Source: Octopus vulgaris (Eukaryota). From it: a stretch of 64,000 nt of DNA. The stretch lies in contig OX597840.1 in NCBI GenBank assembly GCA_951406725.2, forward strand, positions 30,690,001 to 30,754,000, written 5' to 3'. How positions within the stretch are numbered: position 1 is the stretch's first letter; every line of letters starts with the position of its first letter. The position numbers were made by a program, and so were the translations under genes. Below the pieces are notes generated by a model. That model saw only the letters and a program-made list of their open reading frames with translations, was not told the DNA's origin and did no database searches. This document shows positions 23,813-39,011 of the stretch, one piece after another.

Positions 23813-24045
23813 CCTATTTCTTTACTACCCACAAGGGGCTACACACAGAGGGGACAAACAAGGACAGACAAACGGAATCAAGTCGATTATATCGACCCCA
23901 GTGCGTAACTGGTACTTAATTTATCGACTCTGAAAGGATGAAAGGCAAAGTCGACCTCGGCGGAATTTGAACACAGAACGTAGCGGTCGATGAAATATCG
24001 CTAAGCATTTCGACCATCGTGCTAACGTTTTTGCCAACTCACTGT
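23813..24045 (-). mobile_element. Meta-like SINE
   Basis: Full head, body and tail, bordered by the ACCTATTTC junction stub. Confidence 0.9.
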
Positions 24046-24550
24046 ACCTATCACACCCTCCTACTACCTCCTTCGTCCCCAGTACCCATATAAAATTTTC
24101 TACTGTACCCCAACCCCGACCCAACTATTGACCCTTGACCCTTCGAAGGCACTACCATCCACTTCAAGTAGCATCCCTTTAACAATTATTTCAATTGACC
24201 ATTGACAAGTGCGCTAATAACTCTCTGTCAGTCATCCCCTTCCTGGGACCTATTGTCAGAGATCAATAATCCATTATTATGATTTTTAATCCTTCAACAC
24301 CAAGGTAACCTTTGCCAAAAACAACAATGTCTTGTTTATATTATACTAAGGCACCAACTTAATAATAGCTGCAGGTATGGAATCCTGCCAAAGTTTGAAA
24401 TTTCGATCTTTTTGGGAGGATTATCACCGTTATTGTTGTTGTTGTTGTTGTTCTTGTTATTGCTGCTGCTGCTGTAGTTGTTGTTAAACAACTTGGTTTG
24501 GTATTGATAAATGAGATATCTGCAAAGTAATGAATATGTGTGTGTATATA

Positions 24551-24908
24551 CACTCTTTACTCTCTTTTACTGTTATGCTTCTTTCAGTGTTTCAGTTATT
24601 TGGCTGCGGCCATGCTGGAGTACTGCCTTTAGTCGAGCAAATCGACCCCGGGACTTATTCTTTATAAGCCTAGTACTTATTCTAATCGGTCTCTTTTGCC
24701 GAACCACTAAGTTACGGATACGTAAACACACCATCATCTGTTGTCAAGCGATGCCGGGGGACAAACACAGACACACAAACATATATACACACACACATAC
24801 ATATATATATACACACACAATGGGCTTCTTTCAGTTTCCGTCTACCAAATCCACTCACAAGGCTTTGGTTGGCCCGAGGCTATAGCAGAAGACACTTACC
24901 CAAGGTGC

Positions 24909-24910
<2 letters not shown>
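24551..24910 (-). mobile_element. CORE-like SINE, 5'-truncated
   Basis: Family match. Confidence 0.85.
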
Positions 24911-24943
<33 letters not shown>

Positions 24944-25065
24944 CATATTATATTGTATATTATGTATATATATTATGTTATATATTATATATCATCACCA
25001 TCATCATTGCTTATATGTATGTGGGTGAGTGTGTGTGTGTATAAATATTGTGTGTATGTATGAGA

Positions 25066-25123
<58 letters not shown>

Positions 25124-25446
25124 TTGTGTGTGTATGCATGTATATATTGGATATGTAGATGTAGACCTAGATAACTATTGACTTAGATAAATACAGACTT
25201 AGATAATGGTAGGAATGATATCCGTTGCGGTTCACGTTCTCTACCCCGTTTTATATAAACAGTCACACATATACACTCGCTATTTGCACATGTATGTGCA
25301 CATGTAGGCACGAATTTTAAAGCACATGCAAGCAAACATACACACACACGTACACGCATACATACATACATAAAACAAAACATACAAATCTGCACATATA
25401 CATACATACATCTATACACACATGCATGCATGTATATATATATATA

Positions 25447-25845
25447 CAGGAGTGGCTGTGTGGTAAGTAGCTTGCTTACCGACCACATGGTTCCGGGTTC
25501 AGTCCCACTGTGTGGCACCTTGGGCAAGTGTCTTCTACTATAGCCTTGGGCCGATCAACGTCTTGTGAGTGGATTTGATAGACGGAAACTGAAAGAAGCC
25601 CGTCGTATATATGTTTATATATATGTATGCATGTGTGTGTGTGTGTGTTTGTATGTCTGTGTTTGTCCCCCCAACATCGCTTGACAACCGATGCTGGTGT
25701 GTTTAAGTACCCTGTAACTTAGCAGGGACTAATAGAATAAGTATTAGGCTTACAAAGAATAAGTCCTGGGGTCAATTTGCTCAACTAAAGGTGGTGCTGC
25801 AGCATGGCCACAGTCAAATGACTGAAATAAGTAAAAGAATAAAAG
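25447..25845 (+). mobile_element. CORE-like SINE
   Basis: Family match. Confidence 0.9.
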
Positions 25846-26531
25846 AATATATATGTATACACACACACAAACCTATACACATACATATATACACTGGTAT
25901 GCACACACTTGTACACATATTCATGTTCACTACACATACACACACACACAAACATACATATATGCATGTATACAGTCACACATGTACACATGCACGCACA
26001 CACACACACACACGTATTCACAGACACATAAACACACTTATACATTCACACATGCCTACACACACACACACACACAAATACACATGCATACATTGGCCAG
26101 CAGTTTTAAGGAGAAGTGCTAAGCTGAAACCATTGACCCCAGTATATGACTGGTACTCTGTTTGAGGAACTTTGAAAGGGCGAAAGGCAAAGCTGTTCTC
26201 AGTGGGTTTTGAACTCAGAACATAAGGACCTGGAAAAAATACCATGAGGTTTTTTGTCAAACATGCTTTCGGTCCCAGTGCCGTCATAATGGTTCCAAAT
26301 TTTGGAACAGAGCCAACAGTTTTTGATGGGGGGTGGGGAGTTGAGTACATTAACCTCAGTACATAACTGGTACTTACCTTATCGACTCCAAAAGGATGAA
26401 AGGTAAAGTTGACCATGGCAGGATTTGAACCCTGAACATAGATGGATGAAACGCACTAAGCATTTTATCTGGTGTACTAACAATTGTACTAGCTCACTGC
26501 CTTAAGAATAATAATAATAATAATAATAATG

Positions 26532-26577
<46 letters not shown>

Positions 26578-26884
26578 CAATAATAAATGCCCTGATGCAG
26601 TACCAGGCAGTGGCTCTCGTGGCTTCTGATCTTAACTGATTGGAAGTGTTATCATGTACATTGTTTTGTCTTGGTATAAAAGGTGAGCTACAGCAAATAT
26701 TCTGCTCAATACCACAGATTTGCTTGTCAGTTGTTTGACCTTAACCAGTTGAGCATGTCCCTTAGTGGCTGACGATATGTGCATCTCTGATCATGAGCAG
26801 AAGTAGTAGGGGAGCATCATAGCCATGTGTTGAGAGGGATTCTTTGGGGTTTGGATAATTCACCTCTGGAAACATTGACTTAAC

Positions 26885-27170
26885 TGTTGTTCGCCATGTC
26901 TCAGCCCCATACGAATAACACCGCTTTCACGATAGTGTTAAAAATTCTTATTTTGTTCTTTATTGAAATTAAATTGCGCTCCATACTTTCTTTAACAGGT
27001 GAAGAGCAGTCCTTGTCTTAATATCTTCATTGGTGCCACCTGAAAACGTTATCTTACTACCTAAATACGTAAACTCAGCTACATCCTCTAGTTCACCGGT
27101 TTCTACTTTAATACATTCGCTGTTTTCTTCATTACGTGCATAATTTTTGCTTAGTAGCATTTCATTCATC
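26885..27170 (-). pseudogene. Decayed RTE-clade reverse transcriptase fragment
   Basis: LEDVAEFTYLGSKITFSGGTNEDIKTR...KIRIFNTIVKAVLF matches the RTE FxYLGS..GG...DI..R / K.RIFN..V..VL.YG motifs, with stops and frameshifts. Confidence 0.8.
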
Positions 27171-27171
27171 T

Positions 27172-27321
27172 GCATGTTCTGAGTTCAAAATCCACTGAGG
27201 TCGACTTTGCCTTTCATCCTTTCGGGGTCAATAAAATGAGTACCAGTTTGAGAACTGGGGTCAATGTAATTGACTATCCCCCTCCCCACAAATTTCAGAC
27301 CTTGTGCCTTTAGTAGAAAGG

Positions 27322-27325
<4 letters not shown>
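27172..27325 (+). mobile_element. Meta-like SINE with the alternative tail B ending in (ATT)n
   Basis: Meta-like body followed by CCCCTCCCCACAAATTTCAGACCTTGTGCCTTTAGTAGAAAGG(ATT)n. Confidence 0.8.
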
Positions 27326-27366
<41 letters not shown>

Positions 27367-27369
<3 letters not shown>

Positions 27370-27740
27370 TAGTTTTATTTTTATAGCGTGCTTTCACTTC
27401 ACTACCGAGCGCAGCTGTGTGCCTTGGGTATGTGCTGTGATTTGTTGTGATGCTCTGATGGTTATTGTATGGAAAGTGTTCTGCGTAGGATGTGTGCAGT
27501 GCCTAGTAGTGCAATTTTCTGTATGGTATATGTGTTTGTAAGTCCTGATGTTTTTGTTATGTATTTGTCTGAATATTTTTTTATCATGCCTAATGCCCCT
27601 ACTATGATAGGAATTGTTTCTGTTTTCAGATTCCACATTCTAGTTACCTCTATTTTCAGGTCTTTGTATTTTGAAAGTTTCTCCATTTCTTTTAGAGACA
27701 CGTTGTCATCTGCTGGTATTGATACATCAGTTAGAAAGCA

Positions 27741-27741
<1 letters not shown>
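27367..27741 (-). mobile_element. Dong/R4-clade non-LTR retrotransposon 3' end (restriction-like endonuclease C-terminus) inside (TAA)n
   Basis: EKLSKYKDLKIEVTRMWNLKTETIPIIVGALG...IQKIALLGTAHILRRTL*; (ATT)n on both sides, the known Dong target type. Confidence 0.85.
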
Positions 27742-27775
<34 letters not shown>

Positions 27776-27984
27776 GCAATAAATATCAAGTGCAAAAGTG
27801 CACTGAATAAACCCAGGCAGAACAGTGATCCCTCACCATATTGCAGTTCACCTGTCATGGTTCACCTGTCATGGTTTACCTATTGTGGTTTATTATTTAA
27901 GCTTACGTCGATTTCCCCATGGTACTGTTTTGCATTTATGATAAGACAAATATATATTATTATTACTATTTTCACCTATATTAC

Positions 27985-28042
<58 letters not shown>

Positions 28043-28043
<1 letters not shown>

Positions 28044-28200
28044 TATGTTTGACTTTTGCTTTATGTCTGTACAAGTTGGCTCCAAGTCTCACCCAGAGAC
28101 CTCAAGAGACAACAGGTTGGAAGTTCACGTTGTTGTTATGCCTAGTGTGCCATATATTTGGGGTTTTTTTGTGTTGTACTAGTGAATGTCTAATACATAA
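28043..28200 (-). mobile_element. 3' UTR of a second putative Dong/R4-like family
   Basis: Minus strand GTCTCTTGAGGTCTCTGGGTGAGACTTG ... AAACATAG(AAT)n; no ORF retained, so the clade is inferred. Confidence 0.5.
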
Positions 28201-28661
28201 AAAAAAAAAAACTTTTGTTTTATACCTTGGGATTACATAGAGAGTATTTTGCGTAGGATATTATTATTACTATTATTATTAATATTACTATTATTATTAT
28301 TATTATTATTAAGCTTGCAGGATTATTAGTATGATGGACAAAATACTAAGCCACATTTCCACCAGTTTTACATTCTGGTTTCAAATCCCACTGTAGACCA
28401 CTTATCCATTTATCCTTTTTGGGGTCAATAAAAAAAATGCAGCATTTGAACACTCCTCACAAAAATTTCAGGCCTTCTGTCTATATTAGAAAAGATTATT
28501 ATGCTTATTGTTATTCTCAGAGTTGTTTTCTTTCTGTTAAGTGTCAAGGAAAAAAATTCCATGAACAGATGGATTCGGTTTTATGTTGAGTGTTTCCACT
28601 CCAAGTTCTTTAGAATCTTTTCCCGGTTGCTCTAAAAACTCCAAATATTAAACTATACAAA

Positions 28662-29060
28662 TAGGCGCAGAAGTGGCTGTGTGGTAAGTAGCTTGCTAAC
28701 CGGGTTCAGTCCCACTGCGTGGCATCTTGGGCAAGTGTCTTCTGCTATAGCCCCGGGCCGACCGATGCCTTGTGAGTGGATTTGGTAGACGGAAACTGAA
28801 AGAAGCCTGTCGTATATATGTATATATATGTATGTATGTGTGTGTTTGTGTGTCTGTGTTTGTCCCCCTAGCATTGCTTGACAACCGATGCTGGTGTGTG
28901 TTTACGTCCTCGTCAGTTTGCGGTTCGGCAAAAGAGACCGATAGAATAAGTACTGGGCTTACAAAAGAATAAGTCCCGGGGTCGATTTGCTCGACTAAAG
29001 GAGGTGCTCCAGCATGGCCGCAGTCAAATGACTGAAACAAGTAAAAGAGTAAAAGAGTAA
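28662..29060 (+). mobile_element. CORE-like SINE
   Basis: Family match. Confidence 0.9.
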
Positions 29061-29439
29061 ATAATTAAAAACAGCACAATTTTCCTTCCATTCATTCAGA
29101 GAAGATCTCTTGGAGAACATCTCTTAGTTTTTTCATCTCTAATAACTCTGAACTTCAGCTGCCAGCCCTTATGCGCACACATGTCTGTCTAGCTCTCTAC
29201 CTAACTACTGACCTTCATACAAACAGAACCCACAGCTCTCCAAATAGAGGTCAACCATGGTCTGCCAACTTCTCTACTTAGTCATGAGCTCTGCTGACCT
29301 TTAACAATGGGGGGAAGCTCAAGTTTCAAAGGGAAACACAATTGATGAGGGCAAGTTTTCATTGTTGAAATACCAATGGAAGCCCTTATCTTATCAGATT
29401 TATGGTTCAGTAAAATGTCAACTACAGCTATTTGTCTGT

Positions 29440-31109
<1,670 letters not shown>

Positions 31110-31110
<1 letters not shown>

Positions 31111-31205
31111 TTAATCCAAACAAGAAAGCACAAAAAAACACAACAACGCGAGGACATGGAACAAATATAGTATTATTGGACGCTCAGGAAAGAAGGAAAG
31201 AAGGA
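31110..31205 (-). mobile_element. Family A copy lacking the hammerhead
   Basis: Matches 22645-22752 and stops 6 nt short of the predicted cleavage position. Confidence 0.75.
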
Positions 31206-31594
31206 TATATATATATATAATCATCATCATCATCATGATTTAGGGTCTGTTTTCCATACATGAAAAATGGACACTAAATGATGATATATATATATATAGG
31301 CAAAAGTAATGCTTCTGTTGTGTGTGTGTGTGTGTAAGCAAAATTGTTTTGATAAGCTATTTTAAATGTAGGAGGGCGGGTCCTTCTGTTGGTCAAGTTT
31401 CACTGCTAATCTGCATATATTTCCTGGTGTGGCTGCATGGTTAAGAAGCTCGGTTTGCAACCATATGGTCTTGGGTTCAGTCCTATCATGAGGCACCTTG
31501 GGCAAGTGTCATCTGTTATGGCTTTGAGCTAAGCATTGCAGTGTAAGGAAATCTGGTAGACAGAACCTGTGTGTCTGTGGAATTCTATTGCATA

Positions 31595-31644
<50 letters not shown>

Positions 31645-31731
31645 TCCCCCATTCCTCTGCTTGAGAACCAGTGCTGGTTTGTTTGCAACCCTTTAATTTA
31701 CCTGTTCAGCATAAGAGACTGACAAACTGAC

Positions 31732-31901
31732 AGGCGCCAGAGTGGCTGTGTGGTAAGTAGCTTGCTTACCAACCACATGGTTCCAGGTTCAGTCCCACTG
31801 CGTGGCACCTTGGGCAAGTGTCTTCTACTATAGCCTCGGGCCGCCCAAAGCCTTGTAAGTGGATTTGGTAGATGGAAACTGAAAGAAGCCTGTCGTATAT
31901 A

Positions 31902-31944
<43 letters not shown>

Positions 31945-32138
31945 TTGTGTGTCTGTGTTTGTCCCCCAAGCATTGCTTGACAACCGATGCTGGTGTGTTT
32001 ATGTCCCCGTCACTTAGTGGTTCGGCAAAATGGAATAAGTATTATGCTTACAAAGAATAAGTTCTGGGGTCGATTTGCTCGACTAAAGGTGGTGCTCCAG
32101 CATGGCCACAGTCAAATGACTGAAACGAGTAAAAGAGT
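31732..32138 (+). mobile_element. CORE-like SINE
   Basis: Family match. Confidence 0.9.
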
Positions 32139-32294
32139 ATATGTTGACTGAAATAACATAAGAGACATTATCTCCCTTATCAGCTCACAGTGCCACTGTC
32201 TGGTCTCTATTACTGAAGATGTGATAACCACTCCAAAATGCTTGCATCTCACAGTCCGATGACGTGGCGCTGCAAGCTGATTTATGTATATTTC

Positions 32295-32894
32295 ATTTCT
32301 TTATTGCCCACAGGGGGCTAAACATAGAGAGGACAAACAAGGACAGACAAGGGGATTAAGTAGATTACATCGACCCCAGTGATTAACTGGTACTTATTTA
32401 ATCGACCCTGAAAGGATGAAAGGCAAAGTCGACCTCGACGGAATTTGAACTCAGAACGTAACGGCAGACAAAATACCCCTTTCTTTACTACCCACAAGGG
32501 GCTAAACACAGAGGGGACAAACAAGGACAGACAAACGGATTAAGTCGATTACATCGACCCTAGTGCGTAACTGGCACTTATTTAATCGACCCTGAGAGGA
32601 TGAAAGGCAAAGTGGACCTCGGCGGAATTTGAACTCAGAACGTAACGGCAGACGAAATACCTATTTCTTTACCACCCACAAGGGGCTAAACACAGAGAGG
32701 ACAAACAAGGACAGACAAATGGATTAAGTCGATTACATCGACCTCAGTGCATAACTGGTACTTATTTAATCGACCTTGAAAGGATGAAAGGCAAAGTCGA
32801 CCTCGGCGGAATTTGAACTCGGAATGTAATGGCAGACGAAATACCACTAAGCATTTCGTCTGACGTGCTAACGATTCTGCCAGTTCACTGCCTT
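32295..32894 (-). mobile_element. Meta-like SINE trimer
   Basis: Three units with one head; junctions at about 32470 (degenerate) and 32655. Confidence 0.9.
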
Positions 32895-33341
32895 AATTTA
32901 TGTGTATTTACGCCATTTGCCAACAGCAAAGAATTTTCTCTACAACAAAACACATTGAATCGCTCGTTTACAAGTCCGAACATGACCTTAGCATATTCAG
33001 ACTGGTAATAACGCAGCACTAAAGGGTTAATACAGTGTGTTTTTGTATTTTCCTCAACTACAGTTTTTCAAAAGCTCATTTTTTTGTAGAATTTTGTCAT
33101 CCAGATCAAGGAGTCGCAGTGAAAGAAAAATTCCCCAAGGGAAACTGGTCAAACTGTCTTTGGCATTTCCAGACACTTGAAGCTTCATTTCCATAGACAG
33201 GATGAATATTCCTTGACACTTGCAATGCTAAAGCGCTACTTCTGAATTCATACGGCATGCAGTGTCTGATAAAAGACTGATCTAAATTCAGTCTAAAAGA
33301 ATGAAAATCAATAGGAATTTAATCATTATAAACTAAAGTAA

Positions 33342-34301
33342 TCTCTCTTTATATAAAGCTGAAGTTGTCTGTATGTGTATGGCAGGTTTGGTAGCCTTCA
33401 ACTAACACTATCTCCTCCGAGGCCCTATGGCAGCACAGGTTGACCAAAATTGAGAGTATGGTAGAAGAAGGCTTCATCTTCGTTCCGTAGAAGAAAACAT
33501 TCAAATCGGACCATGTTAACACCAAAAATTTTTTACATCAAAAAGGTGCTTTTTTTTCTATGAAAATCCCTATTTTTTACGATTTTTTGACTGCTGTGTC
33601 GCCATGTTTTGGTGTATTTCAACCAGAAAAATTCTATATATATAAAACTGAAGTTGTCTGTGTATGGTAGATTTGGTAGCCTTCAACTAACACTATCTCC
33701 TCCGAGAGAGACCCTGTGGCGCAAGTTGACCAAAATTGAGAGTATGATAGAAGGCTTGCTCTTCCTTCTGTAGAAGAAAAATTCAAATCGGACCATGTTA
33801 ACACCAAAGATTATTTACATCAAAAAGGTTCATTTTTTTCTATGAAAATCCCTATTTTTTACGATTTTTTGACTGCTGTGTCGCCATGTTTTGGTGTATT
33901 TCAACCAGAAAAATATATATAAAGCTGAAGTTGTCTGTGTGTGGCAGGTTTGGTAGCCTTCAACTAACACTATCTCCTCCAAGACCCTGTGGCACAAGTT
34001 GGCCAAAATTGAGAGTATGATAGAAGAAGGCTTGCTCTTCATTCCATAGAAGAAAAAATTCAAATCGGACCATGTTAACACCAAAAATTATTTACATCAA
34101 AAACAGTGCTTTTTTTCTATGAAAATCCCTATTTTTTTACGATTTTTTGACTGTTGTGTCGCCATTTTTCGGTGTATTTCAACCAGAAAAATGTTCACTT
34201 AAAGAGAATAACAAGCTACATAAGGCAAAATCTTTACTTTTAAAAAATTCCAATTCTAAAGGGTTGAAACAAACCCAAGCAACGCCGGGCGATACTGCTA
34301 G
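33342..34301 (+). mobile_element. Non-autonomous Helitron with three tandem ~285-bp 5' segments
   Basis: 5' A|TC, 3' imperfect hairpin CCCAAGCAACGCCGGG then CTAG|T, no TSD; repeats start about 33342, 33633 and 33913. Confidence 0.8.
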
Positions 34302-34529
34302 TCTACAATGAATGAAAAATACGTTGGAATCTTTCTTTCAATTGTGTGATTGTGGCCATGCTGGGGCAACACCTTGAAGAATTCTTAGTCGAAGAAATCA
34401 ACTCCCAGCACTTACTTCATTTTATTTTAAGCTTGGTACTTATTCTAGCAGTCTCTTTTGTTGAACCACTAAGTTATGGGGATGTAAACACACTGACACT
34501 GGTTGTCAAGTAATGGTGCAAGACAAAGG

Positions 34530-34565
<36 letters not shown>

Positions 34566-34839
34566 TGCACGCACACATATATCCAATGACTTGCTAGTCC
34601 ATGGTTAAACCGTCCAACCCATGTTAGCATGGAAAACGGACGTTAGATAATGATGATGATAATCATCATCATCATCATCATCATCAACGTTCTAAGTTCA
34701 AATTCCACCAAAGTTTACTTTACTTTTCATTCTTTCGGGGGGGGGGGGGCAGATAAAATGAAGTACCAGTCAAGTACTGGGGTTGATGTAACCATTGGGT
34801 GTATTATCAGTTCCACAAAAAGATGAAAAATAAATTTCA

Positions 34840-35243
34840 CCTTGGCTGTGTGGTAAGTAGCTTGCTTACCAGCCACATGGTTCCGGGTTCAGTCCCACTG
34901 CGTGGCACCTTGGGCAAGTGTCTTCTGCTATAGCCTTGGGCCGACCAAAGCCTTGTGAGTGGATTTGGTAGACGGAAACTGAAAGAAGCCCGTCGTATAT
35001 ATGTATATGTATGCGTGTGTGTATGTGTTTGTGTGTCTGTGTTTGTCCCCCTAGCATTGCTTGACAACCGATGCTGGTGTGTTTACGTCCCCGTCACTTA
35101 GCGGTTTGGCAAAAGACACCGATAGAATAAGTACTGGGCTTACAAAGACTAAGTCCCAGGGTCGATTTGCTCGATTAAAGGCGGTGCTCCAGCATGGCCG
35201 CAGTCAAATGACTGAAGCAAGTAAAAGAGAAAAGAGAAAGAGA
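34840..35243 (+). mobile_element. CORE-like SINE
   Basis: Family match. Confidence 0.9.
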
Positions 35244-35564
35244 ATTTGAATTCAGAACATCAAAAGACCCCCAGAAGCAAAACAATTACCACAAGGCATA
35301 TTTGTCTAACGCTCTTACATCTCTGCCATATTATTGACCTGGATGTTCCCCCCTATATCTACGTGTGCATATAAATAGTCATTTCATTTAGTCATTGCAT
35401 GTATATAAATAGAAATAAGCAAGTATTTTGCAGAAGTGTTCGTGAGTGTAACTGTGTGTTTGGGGGGGGGGAAGGGATGTCTCTGCCAGACTTCAGAATC
35501 AATACCTCTTGAATAAAAGCCACATGTATGTGCATGAGTGTATACATGTATGTTAGTATCAACG

Positions 35565-35570
35565 TGTGTG

Positions 35571-35615
<45 letters not shown>

Positions 35616-35754
35616 ATATATATATATGTGTGTATGTATATATATATATATATGTGTTTATGTATATATATATATATGTGTGTATGTATATATATATATA
35701 TGTGTGTATGTATATATATATATATGTGTGTATGTATATATATATATATGTGTG

Positions 35755-35791
<37 letters not shown>

Positions 35792-35973
35792 ATGTATATA
35801 TATGTATATATATATATATATGTATATATGTATATATATGTATATATATATATGTATGTATATATATATATATATGTGTATGTATATATAGTGTGTATGT
35901 GTGTATATATATATATATATGTGTATATGTATATATATATATATATGTGTATGTATATATATATATATGTATG

Positions 35974-36020
<47 letters not shown>

Positions 36021-36407
36021 ATATATATATATGTATGTATATATATATATATGTGTGTATGTATATATATATATGTGTGTATGTATGTATGTATATATGT
36101 ATGTATATATATATGTGTGTATGTATATATATATATGTGTGTATGTATATATATATATATATGTGTGTATGTATATATATATATATATATGTGTATGTAT
36201 ATATATATATATGTGTATGTATATATATATATATGTGTATGTATATATATATATATATGTGTGTATGTATATATATATATATATGTGTATGTATATATAT
36301 ATGTATACATGTATATATATAAGCGTGTGTAACCCGTGCTAGCACAGAAAATGGACGTTAAACGATGATGATGATATATGTGTGTGTATGTATACATGTG
36401 TGTGTAT

Positions 36408-36457
<50 letters not shown>

Positions 36458-36561
36458 GTGTATGTATACATGTATATATATATATGTATGTATATATGTT
36501 TGTAAATGTATGTGTGTATAAAAATAAATGCACACACACATGTGTGTGTATGTGTGTGTGT

Positions 36562-36595
<34 letters not shown>
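35565..36595. repeat. (TA)n/TGTGTATG minisatellite-like microsatellite field
   Basis: Direct reading. Confidence 0.95.
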
Positions 36596-36867
36596 CTAGT
36601 GTTAATCTTGTTTGATATATAAATTACAGCGAAATTGAAATTACGATCGGTACTACAATAATATATGGAAAATACTTATTTTTTTTATTGATGTTGAAAT
36701 AGTAATAGTAGCAAAAGTAGTAGTAGTAACAGTAGCAGCAACACAAAAGCAGCAATGACAGTAATAATAGTAGGTGTGGTTGTTATTATTTAACCCTTGG
36801 TCAAAAACCTTATTGAACCAATCCGTAGTTCAATATCATTTCACTTGTGGCCATCCTGCCTTTTCCT

Positions 36868-37444
36868 TTCTTTTCTACTCTAGGCACAACGCCTGATATT
36901 TTTGGGGAGGGGCCAGTCGATTAGATCAACCCCAGTATGCAACTGATACTTAATTTGTCGAAAGGATGAAAAGCAAAGTCGACCTCAGTGGAATTTGAAC
37001 TCAGAAAGTAAAGACAGAGGAAATACCTATTTCTTTATTGCCCACAAGGGGCTAAACACTGAGGGGACAAACAAGGACAGACACACAGAGTAAATCGATT
37101 ACATCGACCCCAGTGTGTAACTGGTACTTACTTAATCGACCCTGAAAGGATGAAAGGCAAAGTAGACCTCGGTGGAATTTGAACTCAGAACATAACTGCA
37201 GATGAAATACCTATTTCTTTACTACTCACAAGGGGCTAAACATAGAGGGGACAAACATGGACAGACAAACGGATTAAGTCGATTATATCGACCCCAGTGC
37301 GTAACTGGTACTTAACTTATCGACCCCGGAAGGATGAAAGGCAAAGTCGACATCGGTGGAATTTGAACTCAGAACGTAACAGCAGACGAAATACGGCTAC
37401 CCATTTCGCCTGGCGTGCTAACGTTTCTGCCAGTTCGCCACCTT
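36868..37444 (-). mobile_element. Meta-like SINE trimer whose last unit has tail B
   Basis: Head at 37444, GAAATACCTATTTC junctions at about 37020 and 37204, tail B at 36868-36915. Confidence 0.85.
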
Positions 37445-37480
37445 CCAGTTTTCTCTTTTCAGTGGGGTGTGTGTATAAAT

Positions 37481-37516
<36 letters not shown>

Positions 37517-37810
37517 GTATATATATGTGTGTATGTATGGATGGATGGATGGAAAGAAGGAAGGAAGGAAGGAAGGAATCAGCCTTTGCATTTTACTCAG
37601 AGAAGTTCAGTATCTGCCTGGATATTATATCCTTCCTTTTAGTATATATATATATGTATCATATGTATGTATATATATTTTATATTTTGAGCCTATGCTC
37701 TTCAACAGAAAGGAATAAGAGGAAATAAACAGAGAGAGAATGGGAAAAAATATGTAGATTTCAGTGGTCAGCATATAGATATGTGTATATATGTATATAT
37801 ATATATATAT

Positions 37811-38677
37811 CATGCTACATGGCAGTGAAACATGGGCCGTGACTGCTGAGGATATGCGTAAGCTCACAAGAAATGAAGCCAGTATGCCCCGATGGATGTG
37901 TAATGTCAGTATTCATACTCGACAGAGTGTAAGTACCTTGAGAGAAAAGCTAGACCTAAGAAGCATCAGATGTGGTGTGCAAGAGAGACGTTTGTGCTGG
38001 TATGGTCATGTGGCGAGAATGGATGAAGATAGTTGTGTGAAAAAGTGCCACACCCTAGTGGTTGAGGGAACCTGTGGAAGAGGCAGACCCAGGAAAACCT
38101 GGGACGAGGTGGTGAAGCACGACCTTCGAACTTTAGGTCTCACTGAGGAAATGACTAGAGATCGAGACCTCTGGAAGTGTGCTGTGCGTGAGAAGACCCG
38201 GCAAGACAAGTGAGACCATAACCCGTGGCCTTCTACATGGGATGCAGCCAGCCCACTTATGCATACCTTCCCTTCTTGGGACACAAAACTCTACTCGTGA
38301 AGACCTGTTGAGGCAAGTGAGAATCAGAATCGAAATCGATCAATGGAAATTGCAGCTGAGTTACCAGTGCCAGTGGCACGTAAGAGAACCATCCGAACGT
38401 GGCCGTTGCCAGCTGGCTTCGTGCCAGTGGCATGTAAAAATCACCATCTGTTCGTGGCCATTGCCAGCGCCTCCCCGACTGGCCTCGTGCCGGTGGCACG
38501 TAAAAAGCACCCACTACACTCATGGAGTGGTTGGCGTTAGGAAGGGCATCCAGCCATAGAAACATTGCCAGATCAAACTGGGCCTGGTGCAGCCTTCTGG
38601 CTTCCCAGACCCCAGTTGAACCATCCAACCCATGCTAGCATGGAAAGTGGATGCTAAACGATGATGATGATGATGAT
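37811..38677 (+). mobile_element. RTE-clade LINE 3' end: ORF C-terminus (37812-38213), repetitive 3' UTR and (GAT)n tail
   Basis: MLHGSETW...RRLCWYGHVARM...GRGRPRKTWDEVV..DL...DRDLW motifs typical of the RTE ORF end. Confidence 0.92.
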
Positions 38678-38699
38678 GTATATGTATATAAATTTTTTT

Positions 38700-38965
38700 T
38701 GTTGTTCTTTCTTGAGCCATGCCTAGCTCATAAGGGCTGGTTTCCCGGTTTCCTTGGTGTATAGGTTCCCCAACTGGACAGGACGCCGGTCCGTCGCAGG
38801 TGAGCTGCAAGATGCAGGAGGAAAGAGTGAGAGAAAGTTGTGGCGTAAGAGTCAGCAGAAGTTTTGCCATTACCTTCTGCCGGAGCCGCGTGGAGCTTAG
38901 GTGTTTCACTCATAAACACACATACCACCCAGTCTGAGATTCGAACCCACGATCCCTCAACTGCG
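38700..38965 (-). mobile_element. V-SINE-like element
   Basis: Reverse-complement match to 21464-21760. Confidence 0.85.
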
Positions 38966-39011
38966 ATATATATATTATTTATTACATATATTATTAGATA
39001 TATATATTATT

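Noticed and set aside
33080-33200. Exon after the TTTTTTTGTAG acceptor
   Set aside because: All frames stop within about 35 codons and nothing is recognisable.
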